Part shown: piece after piece, positions 18,805 through 28,525 of the stretch
Numbering within the stretch: the first letter of the stretch is position 1
Layout: every line of letters starts with the position of its first letter
Assembly: GCA_963721285.1 (NCBI GenBank)
Contig: CAVRIN010000007.1
Span: 244,873 to 308,872, forward strand
DNA length: 64,000 nt
Source: an uncultured Solirubrobacteraceae bacterium
GTDB lineage: Bacteria > Actinomycetota > Thermoleophilia > Solirubrobacterales > Solirubrobacteraceae
Direction: 5' to 3'
Notes under the pieces: generated by a model
Seen by the model: the letters and a program-made list of their open reading frames with translations, nothing else
Database searches by the model: none
What the model was told of the DNA's origin: nothing
Position numbers and translations under genes: made by a program

Positions 18805-21800
18805 GTGAGCGCGCTCGCGGAGCGGGCGACAGAGCCTGCGCCGGAACGGCCGATCAAGCGGCGCGTGTCCTCGCCGCGGGCGGTGCTGGCCGTCGCGGTG
18901 CTGGGCACCTTCATGGCGTTCGTCGACGCGACGATCGTCAACATCGCGATCCCCGACATCGCGCGGGACCTCGGCGCGACGAGCCTCAGCAGCGTCTCGT
19001 GGGTGCTCAACGCCTACAACATCGTGTTCGCCGCCTTCCTCGTCGGTGGCGGGCAGCTGGCCGACCTACTCGGCCGCCGGCGCGTGTTCATTCTGGCCCT
19101 CGTCACCTTCACGGCGGCGTCGGCGCTGTGCGCCGTCGCGCCGACGCTGGGCCTGCTGGTCGCTGCGCGCGTCGCGCAGGCGGCAGGCGCGGCGATGCTC
19201 GTGCCGAGTTCGCTGGCGATCGTGCTCGACGCGAACGGTGACGACGAGCGCATGCACGCGGTGGCGATGTGGGCCGCCGTCGCCGCGCTCGCCGCCGGCA
19301 TCGGCCCGCCGCTGGGCGGGCTGCTGATCACCGCCTCGAGTTGGCGGCTGGTATTCCTCGTGAACATCCCGGTCGGGCTGGTCGCGCTCGTACTGGCCAA
19401 ACGCGTGCTCGTCGAGAGCAGGGCTCCGGGCCGCCGCCGCGTTCCGGATCTGCTCGGCGGCCCGCTGCTAGCCGCCACGATCGCGACGCTCGTGCTGGGC
19501 ATCGTCAAGGGCCCCGAATGGGGATGGGCCAGCGTTCAGGTGCTCGCCTCCTTCGCCGCCGCCGCTCTCCTCGGTGCCTGGTTCGTCGTGCGGACGAGCC
19601 GCCACCGCACACCGGTGGTCGACCTCGCGCTGCTGCGCGTCAGGTCGTTCGCGCGTCAGCAACGGCGTGACCATCGTGATGGCCGCCGGCTTCTACGCCT
19701 ACACGCTCTGCAACGTCCTGTTCCTGACTGGCGTGTGGCGCTACTCGATCCTTCATGCGGGCCTCGCGCTCACGCCCGGCCCGCTGACGGCGATAGCCGT
19801 TGCGCCTTCGGCGAGCCGCGCTGTCGGCCGCTACGGCCACCGGCGTGGTGGTCGTCCCGGGCGCGCTCGTGTGGGCCGGCGGGATGGCCTTCCTGGTGTC
19901 GCGCGCCGGCGTGCACCCCGACTTCCTGGGCACGTGGCTGCCGGCACTCGTGATTCTCGGCGTCGGTGCAGGGCTCACCTTCCCGACGCTCAGCGGCGCG
20001 GCAGTCGCGTCGGTGCCCGGGACGGGCTTCGCGCTGGCGACCGCGCTGAACTCCGTGGCCCGGCAGGTCGGCGCGGCGCTCGGCGTGGCCGTCCTGATCG
20101 CGATCCTCGGCACGCCCGAGGTGCTCGACCCGCTCCCCGCTTTCCGCCATGGATGGGGCTTCGCAGGCGGCTGCTTCCTCGTCGGCGCGGTGCTCTGTAC
20201 GGCGCTCGTCGTGCGCCGTACCGCCCAGACGCCCGCGGCATCCGCCGGTAACGGGCGCGCGGCTGGCGCGGACCTCGATGAGCTCGCCGGCGAGCACGCA
20301 CTACCCAGCCTCGACGAGTCCGAGGGGCACTACGCACACGTCGAACCGCAGACGACCGCCGAGTTCCTGCGCGGCGCCGAGGTCTTCGCGGGCCTGCCGT
20401 CGACGCTGCTCGAGGAGCTCGCGACGCTCGCGCAGCCGGTGGAGCTGCGGCGGGGCGAGTGGCTGTTCCGCGAAGGCGAAGAGCCCGACGGCGTGTATGT
20501 CGTGCGCGTCGGGCACGTCGAGGTCCTCAAGGAGGACACAGGGTCGCCGAGCAGAATCAACTCGCTGACCCGCGGGGCGGTGCTGGGCGAGCTGGCGCTG
20601 CTCAGCGGCACCCCCCGCAGCGCCTCTGTGCGGGCGCTGCGCGACAGCGAGCTGCTGGCGATCGAGCGGGAGGGGTTCCAGGCGCTGCTCGGCTCGAGCC
20701 CGCAGCTGGCGCTCGGCCTCACGAGGGTGCTGAGCGGCCAGCTGCAGGCCTCTCGCGGGGCGCCACCCGAGCGCCGCGCGCGCCCGGTGACGATCGCGCT
20801 TCGCGCGCTCTCGCCCGGGCTGCCGCTGCTCGAGGTCGCGGACGAGCTCAGCTGGACGATGTGCCACTGGGGTCGAGTCGCTGTTCTCTACGCCTCACAG
20901 GAGGATCGCGGAAACGGCGAGGCGCGGTCCGACGCCGTGGCGCGCTTCGCGCCGCTCGTCGAGCGCTGCGAGGAGGAGCACGAGCAGGTGCTCCTCCTGT
21001 GCGGAGGTGGCGACGCCTGGGAGGAGTTCTGCCTCGCGCGGGCCGACCGCGTTGTGGCTGTCGTCGACGCCGAGGGCGACGCCGCGGCGGCCGCCGATCG
21101 CGACCCCGAGGGCTCGCGGCGACTCGCCGGCGCCGACCTGCTGGGGCTCGGCGTGCGCGCCGGAACCGGCGCGCTGTCGGCTTGGGTCGATCTGCTCGAC
21201 CCGCCGGCGGTGCACGCGATCGCGGCCGAGACACGCGCCCAGGACGTGGCGCGCACCGGCCGCCGGCTGACGGGCCGGGCGGTCGGTGTCGTGCTCGCCG
21301 GCGGCGGTGCGCGAGCCTTTGCGCACCTGGGCGCGCTCGAGGTGCTTCTCGACGCCGGCCTACGTGTCGACCGCGTGGGCGGTGTGAGCATGGGCTCGTT
21401 CATCGGCGCGATGCTGGCGGCCGGGCGCGAGGTCCCCGCGATAGACGCGTGTTGCTACGAGGAGTGGGTACGTCGCAGCCCGATCAACGACTACACGGTG
21501 CCCCGCCACGCGCTCATCAGGGGCCGCAAGGCCGAAGCGATGCTCGAGCGGGTTTTCGGCCACGCCCGTGTCGAGGAGCTGCCGCTTCCCTACTACTGTG
21601 CGAGCGTGAACCTGCGCGGCGCGACGCTCGAGATCGAGAGCCGCGGACCCCTGATGGAGGCGGTCGGTGCGAGCATGTCGCTACCGCTGATCGCGCCGCC
21701 CATGCGCCGCGAGGAGCGTTTTCTGATCGACGGCTCGCTGCTCGACAATCTGCCGCTCGAGCCGATGAGCCAGAGCGGCGAAGGTCCGGTGCTGGCGATC

Positions 21801-22160
21801 GACATCAAGGGGGGCGAGGCGCGCCCTCGACACCGCCCCGCTGCGTCGGCCGACGGGTCGCCACCTCACCCGCCCCGCCGCCGCCCGCCGCCGAAGCTGC
21901 CCGAGACGATGGCGCGGATCGCGCTCCTCAGCAGCGCCAACACCGACGAGGCCGCCCGCCGGCACGCCGACCTGACGCTGAGCATCCGCGTCGAAGGCGT
22001 CGGGCTCCTCGAGTTCCACCAGATCGACGCGGCCCGCGAGGCCGGACGACAGGCCGCGCACGGCGCGCTCGCAAACGGTCAGCCGGACTGGCTGACGGGT
22101 CTTTCGCCGCTGGGCGGCGACATCGCGTCCCGGCGCACCGTGCTGCGCGTTCGGGGATGA
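18805..22160 (+). CDS. MFS (DHA2) - cNMP-binding - patatin fusion, paralog 1; two frameshifts near 19650 and 19845
   Basis: DATIVNIAIP, WVLNAYNIVFAAFL, DLLGRRR; LGELALL..PRSASVRA; VLAGGGARAFAHLG, GGVSMG, DGSLLDN; collinear with intact paralog at 33968-37303. Confidence 0.85.
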
Positions 22161-22161
22161 C

Positions 22162-22188
22162 ACGCGGCGGTACCAGTATCCGCCCACT
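22162..22188 (+). repeat. att-like copy 3 (collapsed)
   Basis: ACGCGGCGGTACCAG resembles 17332-17345 ACGCGGGGTACCAG and is fused through CCAG to TATC(C)GCCCACT, the tRNA 3' end. Confidence 0.6.
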
Positions 22189-22325
22189 CGTTGTCGTCAG
22201 CACAACGATCCTGCCGCAAAGCACCCGCCGGTTGCCGCTTGAGCGCCGGCAGCGAGTCCTGTAAGGTGCGCCGGCGCTGGAGACTACAGGTCCAGCTTAA
22301 GAGGGAGAATCTCAAGGAGGGGTAC

Positions 22326-22871
22326 ATGCGTCGTATTGCAGTTATTGCTGTATTGGTCCTAACGGCCGCGCTCGCGTTCGGAGCGAACGCGTGGGGTGCT
22401 GGCATGCGGGCGACCCAGCACTTCGGGCCGTACGCGAGCAACTCGCCTGACGAAGGTACGTGCGGCAACACCTGGGCGAACGATGTGTTCAACCGCGTCT
22501 ACACCGTCAAAACGGCGCCCAACGCGGACGGGACCTACAGCGTCGTTGAGAAGTTCAAGAAGGGCACGTTTACGACGATCGCCGGCGCAAGCCCGGGTGC
22601 GTGTGACACGAACCCCGGCGGGACGCTGAGCGGCACCGTCAGCGGCAAGATGCAGGGCTCGTTCACGATCGTGGTGAGTGCCGGGGCCTACAACTCCAGC
22701 GCGACCTGCGCACTTCCGTGCTACACGGCGGACTTCGTGGCCGCGGTCTTCGGCGCCGGCGCAACCTACAGTGTGCCGTCATACGACATCCACTACAACG
22801 CCAAACGCCACGGCCAATGGAAGAACGCCTCCGCTGACATGGGTGGCAACTCCGGCGACATCACCGGCTAA
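22326..22871 (+). CDS. Secreted hypothetical protein
   Basis: AAGGAGGGG RBS; signal peptide MRRIAVIAVLVLTAALAFGANAWG; four Cys. Confidence 0.78.
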   Translation: MRRIAVIAVLVLTAALAFGANAWGAGMRATQHFGPYASNSPDEGTCGNTWANDVFNRVYTVKTAPNADGTYSVVEKFKKGTFTTIAGASPGACDTNPGGTLSGTVSGKMQGSFTIVVSAGAYNSSATCALPCYTADFVAAVFGAGATYSVPSYDIHYNAKRHGQWKNASADMGGNSGDITG

Positions 22872-22950
22872 GCGGCGCCAGTCTCGGGCGGAAGCCGACC
22901 GGTGAGCTGCCGGCGTCCCGCTGTGACTGCAACGCCAGACCGACTGTGAC

Positions 22951-22979
22951 AAAGGGGCGACACATAGTCGCCCCTTTTT
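22951..22979 (+). terminator. Intrinsic terminator
   Basis: aaaggggcgac-acata-gtcgccccttttt. Confidence 0.75.
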
Positions 22980-23013
22980 CACACTGGCCCGGTCGATCGT
23001 AACGGTAGGGCCG

Positions 23014-23040
23014 ACGCGAGTTCGAGCCCGGTATCCCCCA
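23014..23040 (+). repeat. att-like copy 4 of tRNA-Val 3' end
   Basis: ACGCGAGTTCGAGCCCGGTATCCCCCA; shares ACGCGAGTTCGAGCC with copy 2 (18503-18517). Confidence 0.7.
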
Positions 23041-23043
23041 TCG

Positions 23044-23496
23044 TCACGCGGCGGGAACGTCCGTGAGGTCGTGTTCCTTAGCGGTCACCGCAGTTACCGG
23101 AACCCCCAGTGCGCGAACCTTCCTCGGCAGGTCGAGATGGAACCACCGGGACAGCCGTGCCGGCAACATGGAGACGATGACCTCGTCGAAGCCGAGCAGG
23201 TTGAGCGCGTCCTGGATGGCTGCGAGCGGCTCGTGCGAGCCGACGATTCCGTCGACGCTCTCGCCGGCGGCGTAGGAGAGGATCGGAAGTGCCGCGGCGA
23301 GGCGCGTTTCGGCGGCCGCCACGCCGTGATCCTCGGGATCTACGACCCTATGCAGCCCGCGGGGACGGGTCGGCACCAGCAGCGCAAAGGTGCAGGACCC
23401 GATGGCTGCACGCTGCCTGACGACGGCGGCGAGCTCCGCGCTGTCGGCCGTCTGGTGCGCGACGATGAGGACGCGGGCTGGGCTGAGGGCATGCAT
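23044..23496 (-). CDS. Hypothetical protein, USP-like fold
   Basis: RVLIVAHQTADS, FALLVP, GSHEPLAAIQDAL, FDEVIVSMLP, SRWFHLDLP. Confidence 0.7.
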   Translation of the reverse strand: MHALSPARVLIVAHQTADSAELAAVVRQRAAIGSCTFALLVPTRPRGLHRVVDPEDHGVAAAETRLAAALPILSYAAGESVDGIVGSHEPLAAIQDALNLLGFDEVIVSMLPARLSRWFHLDLPRKVRALGVPVTAVTAKEHDLTDVPAA

Positions 23497-23633
23497 CGGT
23501 GCCGTCCTTTCGGGTCTTCTTGCTCCTCCTGACAAGCAGGACTCCGGGCCTCGGTGGTTGCTTCCCGAGACGCCGCGTTCCGTGGCCTCTCGAGGAACTG
23601 CTCGAGACGCTGCCGGCGCCGATGCGCGAGCCG

Positions 23634-25934
23634 TCAGCTAGCGCCGTGTCGCCCGCTGCGCGCCCACGACGGAGGAAGAGCGGCAAGCGCCCGCGCCCTG
23701 GCAGCGATTCCCCGCGAGGGAGCCAGCGCGCGCCGCAGCTGCGCGCGCCCGGCCGGTCTCGCATCGGCGCGCCCGGACTCGAAGCGTCGTTCGCGAATCG
23801 CGCGCACGTAGCCTGCCGCCTCCGCTTGCCCGTCACGGGCGAGCCGGCGCTCGAGCTGCGCGAGCGTCAGCCCGGGCTCGGCTCGCCCCAGCCGCACGAG
23901 CGCCCGCCGCAGCTCGGCGACCGCGCCGTCGGCGTTGCCGGAGAACGCGCGCCGTAGCCGCGCCCGCCCGCGCCCGGCCGTGAACGCGGCGAGCGCGAGC
24001 AGCGCGCCGAAGGCGAGGCCGAGCACCGCCACGGGCCAGCGCGAGCCTTGCTCCCGGGCCGGTCCCCCACGCCCCCCGCGGCGGCCGAGCGGCACGCCGC
24101 GCCCGTGTACGCCGGCCTGCCCCCCGAATACGACCGAGCGCGAGAGGGCTGCGGACCCGGCCTGCGTCGCCGGCGCCGCGGTCGGAGGGGTGGGGTCGAA
24201 GGCAACCCATCCGATTCCGCTGAGGAACACTTCCACCCAGGCATGGGCGTCGGCCGCGCGGACGTTCCACGTACCGTCCCGCCCACCGCGGGCAGCCGGC
24301 CGGAACCCGACGCCCACGCGGGCTGGGATGCCGTCCATCCGCAGCATCAGCGCCATCGCCCCGGAGAACTGCTGACAGTAGCCGCGACGCTGGCTGAAAA
24401 GGAACGCCTCCAGCGGATACCGGGTCAACGGGACTCGCCGGTCGTAGGCGTAGCTGTCGCGTAGGTGTCGGGCGATCCGAGCAGCAACGTCGTAGTTGGA
24501 CGGGGCGCCCGCCGCCAGCTTGCGCGCGAGCGCGAACATCGACGCGTACGGCGAAGCCTCGATCAACGCGGCGGTGACAGGATTCGATCCGGGCCTGCGG
24601 CCCGGGGTGCTCGGTCCGACCAGCCGAGCTGCCGCCGGCGGGCGCCACGCCTCGACGGAGAGGTCCGGCCGGGCGAGGGCCGTGGCGCTGGCGGCCGGCA
24701 GCTCGAACTCGGCGTAGGGGAGATAGGCGCGCGGGAACGTGCGGGGCGCCCGCCGGGCGGCTGCGGCGGAGGGGCGCGGATCGTAGGAGACCACCTCGTA
24801 CGCGGACCCCCTCGCCGCGGTCGCGGCGGTTGCGGTGGTGCCGTCGGGCTCGCGCGCCGGCGGCGGCTCGAGATCGTCGAGCCAGCGCGAGTGAATGAGC
24901 AGTCCGCCGGCACTCGCCAGCGCCGAAGAGCGCAGGCCCTCGACTTCCACCCTCGCGCGCTCGGTCCAGCGGGACATCTTCCCAGCGGGGAGATCGAACC
25001 GCGGAGACCCGGGCGGGTCGACGGAGCGCAGGAAGCGCAGACCGTCGAAGCGGTCCAGCGACGTGATGCGCAGGAGCGTCGGATGGGCCTCTGCGACGGT
25101 GAGCATCGTCGCCTGCGAGCGCGGCCAGCGGTCCGGTCCGTAGAGCTGGTCCCACTGGAACGTGGCGCTCGTCGCGGCGGCCGCTGAAGGGTCGCGGTAG
25201 TGGATCCAGGGAGCAGCCGAGCGCAGGGCTGACTGCACGGCCAGGGCCGCGGCGGCGCACACGGCCAGCCAGCAGAGGGCCCGGCCCGCCTCCCGGGCGG
25301 AGGGCAACGGCAGCAGCAGCGCGGCTGCGAGGAGCCCCATCAGCACGACGCCGTCGAATGCCGGCACCGACGCGGACGCGTTCGCCGTGCCCGTCAGGAA
25401 GATCGCCAGCAGAGCTCCCAGCGCCGCTGCGCGGCGGGTTGCGAGCATCGACGGCGATGGCCAGAACCATGCGCACCCAGCCGCAAGAAGCACGGCGGGG
25501 AGGGGCAGCAGGACGGCCGCCTGCGCCCAACGGTCGCCGCCCCGGTAGGGCCAGAGCCAGTCGCCGATCTCCCCGACCCCGCCGGAGAGCTTGTGCGCGA
25601 GGTGACTCCATTCGCCGGGCGCGAGCAGATGCGCCGGTATCCGCAGGGCGAGCAGCGAGATCGCGAACGTGCCGAGTACGAGCAGGGCCCGGACGAGCGT
25701 GACGGCCGGGCCACGACGACCGAGCCGGCCGCTCGCGGCGAGCAGCCCGCACCCGACCGTCACGCACGCCGCCACGATCACGACCCGGCCCGCCGGTGGC
25801 GTCGCGATCAGGCTCGCATAGCGCACGGCGGCGAACGCCGCGAGGCCGAAGAACGCCAGCAGCCGCAACGCGAGCTGCTCGCGCGCGGCGGGCGCCGGGA
25901 GCGGTGCTGCCCGATCGGCCGCGGCGGCGCTCAT
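23634..25934 (-). CDS. Membrane transglutaminase-like protein (TgpA-like)
   Basis: N-terminal TM helices; GYCQQFSGAMALMLR, HAWVEVF, WVAFDPTP catalytic triad motifs. Confidence 0.88.
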   Translation of the reverse strand: MSAAAADRAAPLPAPAAREQLALRLLAFFGLAAFAAVRYASLIATPPAGRVVIVAACVTVGCGLLAASGRLGRRGPAVTLVRALLVLGTFAISLLALRIPAHLLAPGEWSHLAHKLSGGVGEIGDWLWPYRGGDRWAQAAVLLPLPAVLLAAGCAWFWPSPSMLATRRAAALGALLAIFLTGTANASASVPAFDGVVLMGLLAAALLLPLPSAREAGRALCWLAVCAAAALAVQSALRSAAPWIHYRDPSAAAATSATFQWDQLYGPDRWPRSQATMLTVAEAHPTLLRITSLDRFDGLRFLRSVDPPGSPRFDLPAGKMSRWTERARVEVEGLRSSALASAGGLLIHSRWLDDLEPPPAREPDGTTATAATAARGSAYEVVSYDPRPSAAAARRAPRTFPRAYLPYAEFELPAASATALARPDLSVEAWRPPAAARLVGPSTPGRRPGSNPVTAALIEASPYASMFALARKLAAGAPSNYDVAARIARHLRDSYAYDRRVPLTRYPLEAFLFSQRRGYCQQFSGAMALMLRMDGIPARVGVGFRPAARGGRDGTWNVRAADAHAWVEVFLSGIGWVAFDPTPPTAAPATQAGSAALSRSVVFGGQAGVHGRGVPLGRRGGRGGPAREQGSRWPVAVLGLAFGALLALAAFTAGRGRARLRRAFSGNADGAVAELRRALVRLGRAEPGLTLAQLERRLARDGQAEAAGYVRAIRERRFESGRADARPAGRAQLRRALAPSRGIAARARALAALPPSWARSGRHGAS

Positions 25935-26977
25935 GCCGCTCGCTCCGCACCCGCGCTCGCGGCGGGTTGCACGGCGCAGCCGGCGACGTTGAACAGCACG
26001 CCCGCGCGAGGGTCCGGTAACGGCGATACCGAGGCGCAGACGCTGATCCCGGGCGGCACCTGCGGCGGACGCGCCTGCACGAGCACCAGCCGCCGGCTCT
26101 CGCGCGCCAGCTCCCACCGGGGCGCGCCGCCATGGATGAGCGCGAGCAGCTCATGCAGGTGCGCCCATCCCTCGAGGCCCGGCCCGAGGGTCTCGATGCC
26201 AGGCCGGCCGGGCAGCAGAACCGAGCAGCCCCCTGCCTTCGCCAGGCCGGCGCACAGCGACGCGGCGGCCCTCACGGCCATGTCGAGCGCGTCGTCTGAC
26301 GTCGCGGCGCGGGCATCCAGGACGACGGTGACTGGCCAGCGACCCGTGTCCTCGCAGAAGCCCCGTTCCATCGGGGTGCCCGTTCGGGCGACCGTCAGCC
26401 AGTGGATCCGCGACGCCGGCGATCCCGGGCGATAGGGCCGCAGTCCATCGGGCTCGAGGCCCGCAGTGAACGAGCGTCGGGCGTCGGGGAGGGAGAGGAT
26501 CCGCTCCAGATGATCTCGGCGAAGCGCCTGCACCCGCGGGAGCACCAGCAGCTCGCGCGTCGTGCTCACGCGCTCGCGGGAGCAGATCTGGAAAGGGTCG
26601 GCCCAGCGTGCAGATGCCGGGCCGATGCTCACCCGCCCGCGACGGACCGGCCGCACTCGCTGCGCCGCCGAGCGGGCGCGCCAACCGAGCGCCGTAGGTG
26701 CCGCGTCTGGAAGCAGACGCAGCGCGCCGCGGCAACTCCCGGCGAGGCCGCCGACGACGCGCGCGCGCACCGTCACCGGATCGCCCTCCTCGACCCGCTC
26801 GGCCGTGAGGTCGAGCTCGACGCGGGCGCCGCGCGCCGCCGCCGACACCGACGCTGCTGCGGCTAGCGCCACGAGCACGAGGGTCACGCCCGGGACGTAG
26901 AGGGCCGGGACCGCGAAGGCGCCTGCGAGCAGGAACATCCCGCCACCGAGGACCGCGAGCTGAAGGCTCCGGCTCAC
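25931..26977 (-). CDS. DUF58 domain protein
   Basis: DPFQI, LLVLPR, LRPYRPGSPASRIHW; standard position between MoxR and transglutaminase. Confidence 0.85.
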   Translation of the reverse strand: MSRSLQLAVLGGGMFLLAGAFAVPALYVPGVTLVLVALAAAASVSAAARGARVELDLTAERVEEGDPVTVRARVVGGLAGSCRGALRLLPDAAPTALGWRARSAAQRVRPVRRGRVSIGPASARWADPFQICSRERVSTTRELLVLPRVQALRRDHLERILSLPDARRSFTAGLEPDGLRPYRPGSPASRIHWLTVARTGTPMERGFCEDTGRWPVTVVLDARAATSDDALDMAVRAAASLCAGLAKAGGCSVLLPGRPGIETLGPGLEGWAHLHELLALIHGGAPRWELARESRRLVLVQARPPQVPPGISVCASVSPLPDPRAGVLFNVAGCAVQPAASAGAERAA

Positions 26978-27924
26978 AGCGCCGGCACCGAGGCGAGGGC
27001 GTCGTCGACGATCTCGCGTCGTGCCCCCTCCGCGACGCCGGGGGTGAGCAGCAGGCGGTGGCCGAGCACCGTGTGCGCGAGCCCCTGCACGTCGTCAGGG
27101 AGCACGTGGTCGCGCCCCTCCAAAGCAGCCCGCACGGTCGCGGCCTGCAGCAGCATCAGCCCGGCGCGCGGACTCGCTCCGAGCTGCGCGCGAGGGTCGC
27201 GCCGGGTGGCGTCGGCCAGGGCGACGACGTACCGGCGCAGCGGCTCGCTGGCATGCAGCCCGGCCAGCACCGTCTGAGCGGCGACGACCTCGGCGATCGT
27301 GCTGACCGGAGCCAGTCCGAGCACGCGGTCGCCCGCCGCGTGGTCGGCCAGCATGGCGGACTCCTCGGCGGCGGAGGGGTAGCCGAGCGACACGCGCACC
27401 ATGAAACGGTCGAGCTGGGCCTGGGGCAGAGCGTAGGTGCCCTCGAACTCGATCGGGTTCTGGGTTGCGATCACCACGAACGGCCGCGCGAGCTCGTGTG
27501 TGGAGCCGTCCACCGTCACACGTCGCTCCTGCATGCACTCGAGCAACCCGGACTGCGTCTTGGGAGAGGCACGGTTGATCTCGTCGACGACCACGATGTT
27601 GGCGAACACGGGGCCGGGCCGGAACTCGAAGCGCTCGTCGCGCTGGACGTAGACATTGGCGCCGACGAGATCGGACGGGAGCATGTCGGCGGTGCATTGA
27701 ACCCGCGCGCAATCGGCGTGGATCGACGCGGCGAGCGCCCGCGCAAGCGCCGTCTTGCCGACCCCCGGATAGTCCTCGATCAGGACGTGGCCTCCCGCCA
27801 GCAGGGCGATCAGCATGGCCTGTACGGCTTCGGGCCGCACCCGCACGGCGCTCACCACGTTGGCAGCTACCCGCGTTCCCAATGCGGCGACGTCTGCAGG
27901 CCCGCGCTGGCCGACCACATCCAT
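26974..27924 (-). CDS. moxR: MoxR-family AAA+ ATPase
   Basis: HVLIEDYPGVGKT, DEINRASPKTQSGLLECMQE, ATQNPIEFEGTYALPQAQLDRF. Confidence 0.93.
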   Translation of the reverse strand: MDVVGQRGPADVAALGTRVAANVVSAVRVRPEAVQAMLIALLAGGHVLIEDYPGVGKTALARALAASIHADCARVQCTADMLPSDLVGANVYVQRDERFEFRPGPVFANIVVVDEINRASPKTQSGLLECMQERRVTVDGSTHELARPFVVIATQNPIEFEGTYALPQAQLDRFMVRVSLGYPSAAEESAMLADHAAGDRVLGLAPVSTIAEVVAAQTVLAGLHASEPLRRYVVALADATRRDPRAQLGASPRAGLMLLQAATVRAALEGRDHVLPDDVQGLAHTVLGHRLLLTPGVAEGARREIVDDALASVPAL

Positions 27925-28069
27925 GCCAACGGCAATCGTATCTCCGCTGCAGCCGGCGCAATGCACCAGTTTGCGAGCGATCGGTGCGGGTGAGATGCGC
28001 CCGTCGTGAACTCGTCAACGGGTAGCCTCATGCGCGACGGCGTGATGCTTGCGAGAAGGAGGCCGAGCG

Positions 28070-28525
28070 GTGACCAAGCCGGTGTTGTTCTGCTACGACG
28101 GATCCGACGGCTCAAAGACGGCGCTGGGTGCAGCAGTCGAGCTGATCAAGCCTGCCGATGCCGTGGTCCTGGTTGTGTGGACGCCGGCAGCAGTGGAGTT
28201 GGCGCGATCCGGCTCGTTCGTAGTCGCCGTGCCGAACGAGGGCGAAATCGACGAGCAGGAGGCCGCTGCCGCGCTTCAAATCGCGGAGGAAGGCGCCGCT
28301 GGTGCCCGCACCCGTGGCTACAACGCCTCGGCGCGAATCGCACAAGCCAACGAGTCAGTGGCCAGGACGATCAATGAGGTCGCGGAGGAGATCGACGCCG
28401 GCCTGGTTGTCTGCGGCCAACGGGGCCGGGGCGCCATCGGCAGCGCTCTCCTCGGCAGCGTCTCCCACGCACTCGCGTCACATACCAAGCGGCCGGTGCT
28501 CATCGCCCCCCAGCACCCGTCGTAG
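28070..28525 (+). CDS. Universal stress protein
   Basis: VLFCYDGSDGS, LVVCGQRGRG, LLGSVS, RPVLI. Confidence 0.9.
   Translation: MTKPVLFCYDGSDGSKTALGAAVELIKPADAVVLVVWTPAAVELARSGSFVVAVPNEGEIDEQEAAAALQIAEEGAAGARTRGYNASARIAQANESVARTINEVAEEIDAGLVVCGQRGRGAIGSALLGSVSHALASHTKRPVLIAPQHPS

Noticed and set aside
23634-27924. MoxR-DUF58-transglutaminase as a novel system
   Set aside because: Well-known widespread operon arrangement
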